Shown piece by piece: positions 18,621 to 28,586 of a stretch of 64,000 nt of DNA. The DNA is taken from assembly GCA_048938855.1 (NCBI GenBank), contig JBHLLT010000001.1:256124-320123 (forward strand). Direction: 5' to 3'. Below the pieces are notes generated by a model. It was not told the origin of the DNA, did not search any database, and saw only the letters and a program-made list of their open reading frames with translations. The stretch comes from Promethearchaeota archaeon (lineage in GTDB: Archaea; Asgardarchaeota; Lokiarchaeia; Sigyniarchaeales; SOKP01). A program made the position numbers and the translations under genes. Position 1 is the first letter of the stretch. Each line of letters opens with the position of its first letter.

Positions 18621-19199
18621 ATGAAAAAAAGTAAAATTATTCCAAAAGCATATTTATTTCCAATGCCAGTTGCCCTTATTGGGGCAAATGTAAATGGGAA
18701 GCCAAACTTTGAGACACTTGCGTATGTTGGTATTGTAGAAGCTAATCCTCCAATGATTTCAATAGCTTCTTGGGAAACTCATTATACTAACATCGGGATC
18801 AATCAAAATCGAACTTTTAGTGTTAATACACCAACCGAAACTATAGCAGAATTAGTGGATTATTGTGGTATTGTTTCAGGAAAAGAAGAAGATAAGTCAG
18901 AAGTATTTGAAGTTTTTTATGGGGATCTCAAAACCGCTCCCATGGTAAGCCGTTCACCGTTAAATCTTGAATGTGAGGTTATAAAGACTTTTAAGATCAC
19001 AGAATTAGTAGATATCGAGAAAGGGCATGAAATCTTTATCGGAAAAATAGTAAATGTCTATGCAGATGAGGATATTTTAACAGAAGGGATACCTGATATT
19101 GCTAAGTTGAAAACTTACTTGTATTCAATAAACAACTATTGGAAAATTGGCAAAAAATTAGCATCAGCTTTCGAAATAGGTAAAAATTATAAAAAATGA
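18621..19199 (+). CDS. Flavin reductase / flavoredoxin family protein
   Basis: FPMPVALIGANVNGKPNF, DYCGIVSG, TAPMV...LNLECEV, HEIFIG. Confidence 0.9.
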   Translation: MKKSKIIPKAYLFPMPVALIGANVNGKPNFETLAYVGIVEANPPMISIASWETHYTNIGINQNRTFSVNTPTETIAELVDYCGIVSGKEEDKSEVFEVFYGDLKTAPMVSRSPLNLECEVIKTFKITELVDIEKGHEIFIGKIVNVYADEDILTEGIPDIAKLKTYLYSINNYWKIGKKLASAFEIGKNYKK

Positions 19200-19227
19200 A
19201 GTAAAAACCAAATTGCTTTTGATTAAA

Positions 19228-19794
19228 ATGAGTATTAAAAAATTAAATAAACATGTTATTGAAGGGAATCTACTCAGTCCACTCTCCGTGATTTTGGTGG
19301 GCGCAAATGTTAATAAAAAACCGAATTATCTGGTAATTGGATATAGTTGCCCATTTGATTTTGGTAAATATATTTTCTTCAGCTTATATCCAAAACGTTA
19401 TACTGCAATCGGTATTCATGAGAATATGACATTCAGTGTAAATATTCCTTCGGAAGATCTCGTGGAAAAAGCTAATATTTGTGGAAGTAAATCTGGACGA
19501 GATATTGATAAAAGTGCTCTCTTTGATAATTTTTACGGAGAATTAAAAACAGCGCCTATGATTCGTGAATGTCCAGTAAATATAGAATGTAAAGTACATG
19601 AAATCCTCGACTATGGTGATGGTGAAGGAATTATCGGTAAAGTAATTAAATCTTATGTAGATCAACAATACACTGTGGAAGAAGCAGGAAAAGTGAAACT
19701 TGATTGGAGAAAGATCCACCCGATTATTTGGACCACTGGAGGAGATTTTAATTATTATAAATTAGGAGAACGAATTCTTGTTAAAGAAAATTAA
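19228..19794 (+). CDS. Flavin reductase / flavoredoxin family protein (tandem paralog)
   Basis: GANVNKKPNY, CGSKSGR, KTAPMIRECPVNIECKV. ATG 19228 preferred over TTG 19213. Confidence 0.88.
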   Translation: MSIKKLNKHVIEGNLLSPLSVILVGANVNKKPNYLVIGYSCPFDFGKYIFFSLYPKRYTAIGIHENMTFSVNIPSEDLVEKANICGSKSGRDIDKSALFDNFYGELKTAPMIRECPVNIECKVHEILDYGDGEGIIGKVIKSYVDQQYTVEEAGKVKLDWRKIHPIIWTTGGDFNYYKLGERILVKEN

Positions 19795-19814
19795 ATATAA
19801 ATAGGCGAATTAAA

Positions 19815-20150
19815 ATGTCAGAAATTTTTCCTGAACCTGTATTAAAATTGCCAAGGGCAGATATACCAATAGATGGACTTAAAGCATTTATTGCCCAAGG
19901 GGACTACTTTCAAATTTTATACATGGAATTTGAAAAAGATGTAATTATTGAGGAACACTCTCATGAGAGTCAATGGGGGGTCATTCTTGAGGGTCAAATT
20001 GATTTAAAAATAGATGGTAAAGAGTTTGTATTTACAAAAGGCGATCGGTATTTCATTCCAAAAGGAGTAAAACATTCAGCTAAAATCTATAAAGGGTATG
20101 CCGATATAACCTATTTCAACCAAAAAGATAGATATAAAGTTAGAACATAA
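19815..20150 (+). CDS. Cupin-domain protein
   Basis: EHSHESQWGVILEG...GDRYFIPKGVKHSA. Confidence 0.9.
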   Translation: MSEIFPEPVLKLPRADIPIDGLKAFIAQGDYFQILYMEFEKDVIIEEHSHESQWGVILEGQIDLKIDGKEFVFTKGDRYFIPKGVKHSAKIYKGYADITYFNQKDRYKVRT

Positions 20151-20265
20151 ACTTATAATTTTAAAGTTTTTTCTTTCTCGTTTCTTGAATTTAATACAAG
20201 ATCCATAATTTCAGCACGCAATTGTTCATTCTGCCAGTTTCTCTGAATATCTATACTTTATTATC

Positions 20266-21684
20266 TCATCTTTTCTTAATAGATCTTTTCCAAAATATAA
20301 AGCCAATTGATAACACTGTAGCACCAATTATAATGCCGGCTGATATGAGAATAAATAATTCAATCGGGAATGGATTAATCTCTATACCATCATCCCATAT
20401 TGGAAATCTATCTTGAGCACCCCCTGTTCCTCCAATTCCATTATATGGGATATCTCCTATCCCGTCATCATTTTCATCCTTACCATCATAATCATACCAT
20501 AGATTTCCTATTATTCCATTATCCCAACGATTATTAGAGCAATTATCTAGAGCATTTACCCCAAGGGGATTATTAAAAATATTTCTGTAAAAGAAATTAT
20601 AATTGCATTCAACAGTATAGTTTTCTATAACAACTCCAAATTGTGAATTATTTATGATCCTATTATTGAAGAAGGTATTATTGTTGCATCCAGTCTCTAG
20701 CATTACACCTATTTTATTATCTTGTAGTTCACTATGAGATATATTGTTGTAATCACACCAATCTTCAATATATATACCATATCGACTATTATTGTTAGCT
20801 GTATTGCCGATAAGAATATTGTTATCACATTCCCCTTCAAAACTTATCCCGTACCAATAATTATTACTGGCTGTGTTATTCAGAATTAAATTTTTATCAC
20901 AAGACATGTACAAATAAATTCCAAAATTTTGATTTGTCGTGAGATCATTACCAACCGTATTATTAGAAATTATATTATTGTTACAATCATTCTCTAAATA
21001 AATGCCCCCAATATCTCCATTATCTTTAGCTATGTTGCTAAAAATTGTGTTATTATTGCAATTATCTTCTAAAACAATACCCACATAGCCATTCTCCCTA
21101 ATAAAGTTAAATTCAAATGTATTATTATTACAATGATTAACACAATCAATACCGACAGCATTATTGTTATCTATTACATTCCATGAGAGGGTGTTATTTT
21201 TACATCCGTTATTTAAAATAATTCCTCCAAAATTGTTATTTGAACAATCATTATTTATTAAAGTTCCATTGCATGTATTTTCTAACTTAATCCCTGCATC
21301 AAGAGAATTAGAGCCAGCATTATAAATACTACAATTTTGAATTATGAATTTCACAGATTTGGAATTTTCAATTAAAATTCCACTTCCAGTATTAGAAAGT
21401 GAAGCATCAATAGAACAATTTTCAATGTAATAAATTCCATCTTTTTCATTGCACCAATCAAAAGTACTAACTGTATTCGACCAATTATCATTATCACTGG
21501 CATCTATATGGACATAATTTGGAAAATAACCATAAGCCATTTTTATTTTGAATCCATTATTAATTTCATTAATTTTTTCCGAATTAATATTGTAAGATTG
21601 TATTATTCTACCGCTAATGGCATAAGTCATAAATAGGATAAATATAACGCTAATTATAATAACCTTTTTGTTAAATTTAATCAT
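20266..21684 (-). CDS. NosD-like right-handed beta-helix surface protein with a C-terminal TM anchor
   Basis: Signal/TM N-terminus, about 10 GI.L...C.NN.I..N repeats, GNLWYDY.G.D..DDGIGDIPY, C-terminal TM plus basic tail. Confidence 0.9.
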   Translation of the reverse strand: MIKFNKKVIIISVIFILFMTYAISGRIIQSYNINSEKINEINNGFKIKMAYGYFPNYVHIDASDNDNWSNTVSTFDWCNEKDGIYYIENCSIDASLSNTGSGILIENSKSVKFIIQNCSIYNAGSNSLDAGIKLENTCNGTLINNDCSNNNFGGIILNNGCKNNTLSWNVIDNNNAVGIDCVNHCNNNTFEFNFIRENGYVGIVLEDNCNNNTIFSNIAKDNGDIGGIYLENDCNNNIISNNTVGNDLTTNQNFGIYLYMSCDKNLILNNTASNNYWYGISFEGECDNNILIGNTANNNSRYGIYIEDWCDYNNISHSELQDNKIGVMLETGCNNNTFFNNRIINNSQFGVVIENYTVECNYNFFYRNIFNNPLGVNALDNCSNNRWDNGIIGNLWYDYDGKDENDDGIGDIPYNGIGGTGGAQDRFPIWDDGIEINPFPIELFILISAGIIIGATVLSIGFIFWKRSIKKR

Positions 21685-21980
21685 TTTGTCATTATCCCCT
21701 CTTTTATTCTTTAAAGCAAAAAATTGATTTTTCCTACTTTAATTAAAGTTAACATTTTTTAATTTTTTCCATTTATATTTAGATTTCATCCATTTTGCCT
21801 ATTTAAAGGCCAACGATGGAAATGTATACCACTTTATTGAAAAAAATATTTAAAATTATTTAAACTTCTGGAGTTTAAATTACATAAGCAGGAAAAAGTG
21901 AATAAGTAATTAGAAAAAACAAATAAGAAAAAAGAAAAAAAATTTAAATTAATTTATAATTTCCAGCCCAATAAATTGTT

Positions 21981-22199
21981 TTACTTGTATTTAATTGACA
22001 GGAGAAGGTCGTTCTTTGTTATTTTCTTCCTATTTGCATGCATTGTAAAGGTTCTTGCTTGTTCAGTTAAAGCACTTGCAGTTTTTTCTAAATGATCAAT
22101 TAATAAGTCAACTGCATTTCGAGCTACAATGCTAGCGCCCTGTTGCTTCATCAATCGGCGAATTGGGCTCCATGCGAAAGAATGTTTCTTTTTAGCCAT
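21981..22199 (-). CDS. Archaeal histone (HMf-like histone fold)
   Basis: SPIRRLMK..GA..V...A....HANRKKITKNDL; GGAGG RBS upstream. Confidence 0.92.
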   Translation of the reverse strand: MAKKKHSFAWSPIRRLMKQQGASIVARNAVDLLIDHLEKTASALTEQARTFTMHANRKKITKNDLLLSIKYK

Positions 22200-22398
22200 T
22201 TTTTATTCCTCCAACTTTTTAACTAAAATTTTATAAAATTTGAGTTTTTAATTTTTTTTGAAGTTATTAGTAAAGTTTCTTAGATAATATAATATCTGAA
22301 GAGTTATTTAAATGTTATGGCAATTCAGAAGAGTGTCATGAGTTAAATGAAAAAAAATTTACGACAAAAAATTTAGGTTATCAAAAAAGAGTCACCAT

Positions 22399-22425
22399 CT
22401 ATGATCATTCAACTGTTGATCATAG
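22399..22425. promoter_or_regulatory. Perfect 9-9-9 inverted repeat CTATGATCA-N9-TGATCATAG in the histone/psmB intergenic region
   Basis: Read directly from the sequence; regulatory role is inferred. Confidence 0.5.
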
Positions 22426-23001
22426 TGAAGATATGAAATGTTTTTGTTATTATAAAAATTATTCAAAGTTGAAAATTGATAAAATAGCTTTTAATATAAG
22501 TTTCGCTATGATTTAGTGGAGAATTAATAATTATAAAATTGATAAAAGTGATCCGCAACAAATGTTAATGTCATCATTTATGTGATCATATGACGGTCAA
22601 TCATTCGAAAAAGTTGAATTAATTTTTATAGAATCAAAATTATTCTCATCTTGAAATTGCTTAAATCTTCTATAATATAGGGCTTTTTGACTTGTAATGA
22701 CGAATTATAAAATTTTATATGAAAAAAAATAATCCCCATGCAATAACTTGATATCAATTATCTGATCTCATCGAATTAGTCATAGATGAATTAAAAAAGA
22801 AATTTTAATCTCAATCTAGGGATCATGGAAGGAATCGAAATATTGAAAGTCATAATTTTATCATGAGAATAAACATCAGTAATTTTTAGAGTTTAATAGC
22901 AAAATTTTATAATTTAAAAGAAAAATTTTAATTAAATCTGATTATTTATATTATCAAAATATAACTAAATTATTCTTTAAAGAGATTCTAAGAGGATTTT
23001 T

Positions 23002-23622
23002 ATGAGCGAACAGCAAATTATGGTTCCTGGGGCTGTAGGAGTTGCAATTAAGTGTAAAGATGGGGTTGTGCTTGGAAATGACCGCCGCGCGACGTGGGGT
23101 TATACTGTTACAAATAAATCAACCCAAAAAGTTTTTAAGATAACTGACTATATTGGTTTAACGTGTTATGGGCTTATAGGCGATTTTCAGATACTTGTTA
23201 GGATTCTCCGGGCACAGGCTAACTTGTATGAGTTAGAGACAGGTGACCGAATCTCCACCAAAAGTATGGGAAAATTAGTGTCTAACTACTTATATTCACG
23301 AAAAATGGCGCCCTTATACACAAATCTAGTCATAGCAGGAATGGATGAGGACGGACCAAAATTATATACCCTTGATGCTATTGGTTCTCTTATGGAAGAT
23401 GATTATGGAACTGCTGGAACAGGAATGCTACTTTCAATTGGAATATTAGAAGCGGAATACAAGAAAGATATGACAGTTGCTACAGGTGAAAAGTTAGTAG
23501 AAAAAGCAATCAGAAACTCGATATCTCGAGATGCAATGACTGGCAATGGAATCGATATTTTAACATTTACTAAGGATGGTGCTAAAGAGAAATATTTTGA
23601 GATTAAAGAGCTGGGAGAATAA
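23002..23622 (+). CDS. psmB: Proteasome beta-type subunit (lacks catalytic Thr1)
   Basis: GVVLGNDRRAT, KVFKI, GLIGDFQ, LDAIGS, SRDAMTGNG. The N-terminus reads PGAVGV rather than GTTTVG. Confidence 0.92.
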   Translation: MSEQQIMVPGAVGVAIKCKDGVVLGNDRRATWGYTVTNKSTQKVFKITDYIGLTCYGLIGDFQILVRILRAQANLYELETGDRISTKSMGKLVSNYLYSRKMAPLYTNLVIAGMDEDGPKLYTLDAIGSLMEDDYGTAGTGMLLSIGILEAEYKKDMTVATGEKLVEKAIRNSISRDAMTGNGIDILTFTKDGAKEKYFEIKELGE

Positions 23623-23740
23623 ATTCTAATCCCCTCTATTTTTATATTTAAAATGTTCTGCTTTTTTACCATTAAGATTTTATTAAATGAAAGCATACTA
23701 ATTATTAGATTCTCATGTATTCCTAACGGGTAAAATCAAG

Positions 23741-25801
23741 TTGAATTTTTCTAATAATAAATTTAATGATATAAAGGAGATTCATGGTTTCGCGAAAACT
23801 GAGATTCTTGATATTAAAAATACTGTTTTAAAACTCAAATCTGAAGATCCTAATGGAAGTCAACTCAATGATTATCTAAAATCAAAACTTCATCTTTCTA
23901 CTGAAATTTATGATAATTACTCGAATTATATCCAGGATCTGAAAAGTTTTGCAGATAGGTATTTATTAACTACTGAATCATCTGATTATTTTTATTTAAA
24001 AAATGGACTATTAGAAGAATTACAACAATTTTCGGATAATTTACAAAATCTTAGTTCTAATATAAGGAACGTTAAAAGGATAATAAAAAAGAGTACAGTT
24101 TTAGACGATTCTTTAGAGAAGATTGAAGAATTGCTTAAAGATAGTACCCATCTAGGATCTGAAATCCAACAATCAATTAAAGATTTTCAATCTATTCATG
24201 AAGATTCATTAAGTATTTGGACTGAAATTAACAGAATTAAAAATTTAAATTATAAGTTAAATGAAGTTCCTCCTTTAATAGAAGAATGGAGTGAAATTAA
24301 AGAATTAATTACATTCATTATAAGTCTTAATGATGTATTTCTAAATAAAAGTAAGAAAGATAAAAAAGAACGAATCTTAACATTTCATTTTGAAGAAATT
24401 TATCAATTTTTCTATTCAAAAGATGAAAATAAGATAAAATTCTATTCTGATTTGATTTATCTTTTATATTCAAATAGCGTATACGAAACTTATCAGGGAG
24501 AAGAATTTATTAATATCCTTGAGAGAAAAGAGGTTATTCAAAATCTTAAGGATTATATCAATCCATTGCTTATTCAGCTAATTGAAGAAAAATTACAAGA
24601 AATCTTGACTGAGATCGAAGAATTCGATTTAAAAGAGAAAGATGATATTGTAGATTTCAAAAATCTCAAACAACAAAAAATAAGCATATTTTTACCCAAA
24701 ATAGTTGATTATTATATTTTGGGATTGGAAAGAAGTTTCCAAGAAAAAATCCATGATGTAATTGAAGCAGATAAATTTGAGGAAATTACTAGTTTTTATT
24801 ACAAAAAGATTGAAGATTTTTCTGGAAAAATTAATGAAATCGAAGATTGGATATTAAATATAGAAACATTTCTAACTCCTTATGAAAATATTACAATTTC
24901 GTTAAGAAAAATATTTTCAAATGTTTCTTCTGAAATTTTTCGAAGAAAAAATGAATATTTGAGTTTTATAAAGACAGTTAAGGATGAAGAAACAAGAGTT
25001 GAAATTAGAAAGTTCGTATCAGATAAAATCTCTGAAGTGAATGATTTAATTAGAATTTATGAAGATGAAGCATCGATTATAATAAAGGAGGAGTTTCCTC
25101 AACTTAAAAGGATTAGAGAAATCCTAAAAGATTACAGTGAAAGAATCTCAAAAGTAAAAGAATCTGTATATAAAAGGTTGGATTCTGTTAAAACTGATGA
25201 TGTAGATATGTACCAAGTAATAAAATATTGGGAAGACAGTTTAAATAGAAAAAGACAACAACTGACATTTCTAATTTCCTTACTTCTTAATAAGATATTT
25301 AAAAGTTTTAAAGATTTAATTGAAAAGGAAGGAATATTGTTCGCAACTATTACTGAAATCACTGAACAGACGGAAAATTTTGAGGGATTACCTTTAAATT
25401 TTGCCTTATCATCATTTTTAGCTGAGAAATTATCAGAAGATGAGTTAAAAGAAAGAATTACTGAGATTAAATCAAAAGTAAATCAATTAAATAATTCTTT
25501 GGGGCTATATCAAGTAGAACTAGCAAAACTGGAGACAATTTTAGCAAATCGAGTTAAAATAAGAAAAGGTATCTCCGCTTCAAATGTACAATGTACCGTT
25601 TGCCATAAATTTATTAATTTTGCTAGTGATAAAGTAATAACTTGTCCTTTCTGTGGCAGTACATATCATTATTTATGTGTCGCTTTTTGGCTTTCAAAAT
25701 ATAATTCTTGTCCTATGTGTCAAAACCATTTTCTTGAACCTCATTCAGGTTTATTTGAAGATGATGATGAGCCAGAATTACAAAAATATGAAGAGCTTTA
25801 A
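23741..25801 (+). CDS. Long helical/coiled-coil protein with a C-terminal RING-type Zn finger (putative E3 ligase)
   Basis: CTVC-x13-CPFC-x4-HYLC...W......CPMC at the C-terminus, followed by an acidic tail. Confidence 0.8.
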   Translation: MNFSNNKFNDIKEIHGFAKTEILDIKNTVLKLKSEDPNGSQLNDYLKSKLHLSTEIYDNYSNYIQDLKSFADRYLLTTESSDYFYLKNGLLEELQQFSDNLQNLSSNIRNVKRIIKKSTVLDDSLEKIEELLKDSTHLGSEIQQSIKDFQSIHEDSLSIWTEINRIKNLNYKLNEVPPLIEEWSEIKELITFIISLNDVFLNKSKKDKKERILTFHFEEIYQFFYSKDENKIKFYSDLIYLLYSNSVYETYQGEEFINILERKEVIQNLKDYINPLLIQLIEEKLQEILTEIEEFDLKEKDDIVDFKNLKQQKISIFLPKIVDYYILGLERSFQEKIHDVIEADKFEEITSFYYKKIEDFSGKINEIEDWILNIETFLTPYENITISLRKIFSNVSSEIFRRKNEYLSFIKTVKDEETRVEIRKFVSDKISEVNDLIRIYEDEASIIIKEEFPQLKRIREILKDYSERISKVKESVYKRLDSVKTDDVDMYQVIKYWEDSLNRKRQQLTFLISLLLNKIFKSFKDLIEKEGILFATITEITEQTENFEGLPLNFALSSFLAEKLSEDELKERITEIKSKVNQLNNSLGLYQVELAKLETILANRVKIRKGISASNVQCTVCHKFINFASDKVITCPFCGSTYHYLCVAFWLSKYNSCPMCQNHFLEPHSGLFEDDDEPELQKYEEL

Positions 25802-25817
25802 CTGATTTTAAATAAAT

Positions 25818-26474
25818 TTATAGCTGTGGTGGAAACAAGATTATATTAAAAATCAGATAGAGTCCAAAAATTATCATAAACCCTCCGCAAATAATCAAAA
25901 CATATTTATAAACCTTGACATTCAAGGATTTCCCTCCAAGATAAACAAAGAGAGAAATAGGAACGTACCAAACGAAATCTCCTAATTCATGACCTAGAAA
26001 GAATAAAACGATACCAAAAGGATTTTGAAATGTAATATTTAGACTGATCATTAAGGCTACGCCCATTGCGCTCCACCAAAATAACCAGTATGGATTAGTG
26101 ATTGAATAAAAGATTCCCCCTAGAAAACTATTTCCTTTAAATACACATTTATTTTCCTCTTCTATATTGAATTTTATTTCATAGCGCTTTTTAAAAACTT
26201 CTCGTATTGTTAGAGTCCCAAATGTTATTAAACAAGTACCGCCGATTATTCCGATAAGGATTAAGAAAATATAATTTTGGATTAAAAAAGAAGCTCCTAA
26301 TAGTAATAGTAGGATTAAAGAAAGTTCTAGCACAGCATGGCCTAAAACAATAAAAATTCCGGTAAATGGATTTCTGCTTTTAAACGTTTTGTAAATGGTG
26401 AATGTTAATACTGGTCCAGGAGATAAAGCACCTGTAAGAGCAACTAAAAAGGAGATAATAAAGATTTCAATCAT
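25818..26474 (-). CDS. LysE-family translocator
   Basis: GALSPGP, GHAVLE, NPYWLFWW, GHELGDFVWY. Confidence 0.9.
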   Translation of the reverse strand: MIEIFIISFLVALTGALSPGPVLTFTIYKTFKSRNPFTGIFIVLGHAVLELSLILLLLLGASFLIQNYIFLILIGIIGGTCLITFGTLTIREVFKKRYEIKFNIEEENKCVFKGNSFLGGIFYSITNPYWLFWWSAMGVALMISLNITFQNPFGIVLFFLGHELGDFVWYVPISLFVYLGGKSLNVKVYKYVLIICGGFMIIFGLYLIFNIILFPPQL

Positions 26475-26936
26475 TTAAATACCTATCAACCGAATAACTA
26501 CAACTAGAATAACTATTATAGGAATTATCAACAGTAACAGCCATAAGTAAGCTCGTAAAAAACCCCTCCCGACTGATTTAAGTCCATCTTCCCATTTTTC
26601 TTGTGTTTTTTCCTGCCAGTTTTTGAAATCTTCACTGAATTTTTTCGTTTGGGCATCCCATTGCTCTTTTGTCTCTAATCTACGCTGTTCCATATCTTGA
26701 GTCCATTTTTGCAGTTTTTTATCCCAATCTTGCTTTACACCAGCAAAGAATTTATTGACTTTTTCCTTGTTTTGTTCCCATATTTCTGTATTTTTCTTAG
26801 TTTCTTCCTCTAGGGAAGTTTTAAATTTTTCAAAACCATCTTTCATCACATCGATGAAGTTTTGCCAGCCTTTTTGAAAGGGTTTTTCATTTAATTTTTT
26901 ATTATCAGAATTATCTGAAGTATTTTCATTATTCAT
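26475..26936 (-). CDS. Tail-anchored amphipathic-helix protein
   Basis: Trp/Phe-periodic charged helical region and a single C-terminal TM. Confidence 0.7.
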   Translation of the reverse strand: MNNENTSDNSDNKKLNEKPFQKGWQNFIDVMKDGFEKFKTSLEEETKKNTEIWEQNKEKVNKFFAGVKQDWDKKLQKWTQDMEQRRLETKEQWDAQTKKFSEDFKNWQEKTQEKWEDGLKSVGRGFLRAYLWLLLLIIPIIVILVVVIRLIGI

Positions 26937-27053
26937 AATTTCTTGTTAATTAATTTTAATATTTAAATTCATTAATTACATTTCAATTATTTACCATAAT
27001 TATTTATTCATAGATAAGATTCTTTATAATTTTTGAAAATAGAAGTTTTTATT

Positions 27054-28433
27054 ATGGACTTTAGCATTATACAAAAAACCCCTTTATACGATTCCTTATC
27101 AGATGTGGGAAAAAGAATGTTCCTTCCAGATGGGATTTTTTATTGGGCAAAACGAGCAAAAGAAGAAGCAGAATTAATAGGAACTCTTGGAGCAGCTTAT
27201 GGATTTGAGAAAGATTTTATTCATGGTGGAAAAAGTGATTGGTTACCATGTTATTTGAAAGAGATTACAGATTATTCAAAACTTACGGTTAAAGATATTG
27301 TTCCATATACATCAATTGGAGGTTTATTTGAAACAAGGGAATTTTGGAAGAATTGGATAATTCGTAAATCCTTATATGGCAATGATGAAGTATCTTTATT
27401 ATCTCGTCTAAAAAAATATATTACCACCCCAGTAATAACGGGAGGGATAACTAATGGCATTTTTCAAGCTTGTTCACTTTTTTTAAATCCAAGAGATTCT
27501 ATTATCGTGCCGAATAAAAGATGGGGAAATTATGATAATATCGTAAATAAATTCATTGGAGCAAAATGTAAATCCTTTGAATTTTTTAAAAATGATAAGA
27601 TAAATATTGAAGGAATAAGAGAGGCGATTGATGTTGTAGCTCAAAGCCAAGAAAAAATCATATTACTCTTGAATTTTCCCAATAATCCAACAGGTTATGT
27701 GCCTACAAAAGAAGAAGGTTCTAATATTGTTGCCTTGTTAAAAGAGAGTCAGTTAATACATCGTAAACCTATTATTGTGCTAGTCGATGACGCATACGAG
27801 CCATATATGTTTAGAGACAATGTATTACAAAGATCAATTTTCTATGATCTGCATCAATTGAATGAAAATATTATTCCAATAAAGCTAGATGGGATAACGA
27901 AAGAACTTCTAGTTTATGGCGGGCGTATTGGATTTATCACATTGGGATTAAAGCCAAGCTGGATAGAAAATGAGGAGGAATTACAAAAATTAAAATCTGA
28001 AATACATAATAAATTTGAAGGCTTTATTCGTGCAACTATATCAAACTCTAATAGTTTTTACCAAGTACTTACCTATAAATTATTCCAAGAAAAGGGAATG
28101 GAACAAATTATAAAATCAAGAAATGAAGTACAAAATTTACTTAAAAAAAGACATGATTGCATTAATTCTGAGCTAAAAAAAATAGAAAATCCAAGTATTA
28201 CGATTGATCCAAATTCAGGAGGATTTTTTGTCTTTTTAAACTTAGATAAAAATAAAATAAAAGCAACAGAATTTGCAGATCACTTATTACAACAATATAA
28301 AGTAGGGATTATACCTATTGAGAAGTTAAATGAAAATGTTAATGGAATTAGAATTGCTTATTGCTCTATAGATTTAAATGAGATACCAGAATTAATAAAA
28401 AGAATCAAATTAGCTTTAAATGATTTTTCTTAG
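27054..28433 (+). CDS. PLP-dependent aminotransferase class I/II
   Basis: NFPNNPTGY, DDAY, DGITKE...YGGRIGF, IRIAY. ATG 27054 preferred. Confidence 0.9.
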   Translation: MDFSIIQKTPLYDSLSDVGKRMFLPDGIFYWAKRAKEEAELIGTLGAAYGFEKDFIHGGKSDWLPCYLKEITDYSKLTVKDIVPYTSIGGLFETREFWKNWIIRKSLYGNDEVSLLSRLKKYITTPVITGGITNGIFQACSLFLNPRDSIIVPNKRWGNYDNIVNKFIGAKCKSFEFFKNDKINIEGIREAIDVVAQSQEKIILLLNFPNNPTGYVPTKEEGSNIVALLKESQLIHRKPIIVLVDDAYEPYMFRDNVLQRSIFYDLHQLNENIIPIKLDGITKELLVYGGRIGFITLGLKPSWIENEEELQKLKSEIHNKFEGFIRATISNSNSFYQVLTYKLFQEKGMEQIIKSRNEVQNLLKKRHDCINSELKKIENPSITIDPNSGGFFVFLNLDKNKIKATEFADHLLQQYKVGIIPIEKLNENVNGIRIAYCSIDLNEIPELIKRIKLALNDFS

Positions 28434-28586
28434 TTGAAATTTGCTTTTTCTTAAGAAAATAATATAATAATATTATCTTAGTTTTTATCAAAATTTTTAT
28501 AAACTGATTTTTATAATGTTATTAAAAAATTAATTTAATTTAAACAAAAATAATTGTTAATTAACTCAATATAAGCAAATTATAAT

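Noticed and set aside
20266-21684. Repetitive ATT/GTT-rich DNA suggesting a tandem repeat or CRISPR array
   Set aside because: It is explained by Asn-rich beta-helix coding repeats; there are no identical repeats with spacers.
22200-23001. Canonical archaeal replication origin
   Set aside because: No ORB consensus with a G-string and no adjacent orc1/cdc6. Kept only as an unexplained regulatory region.
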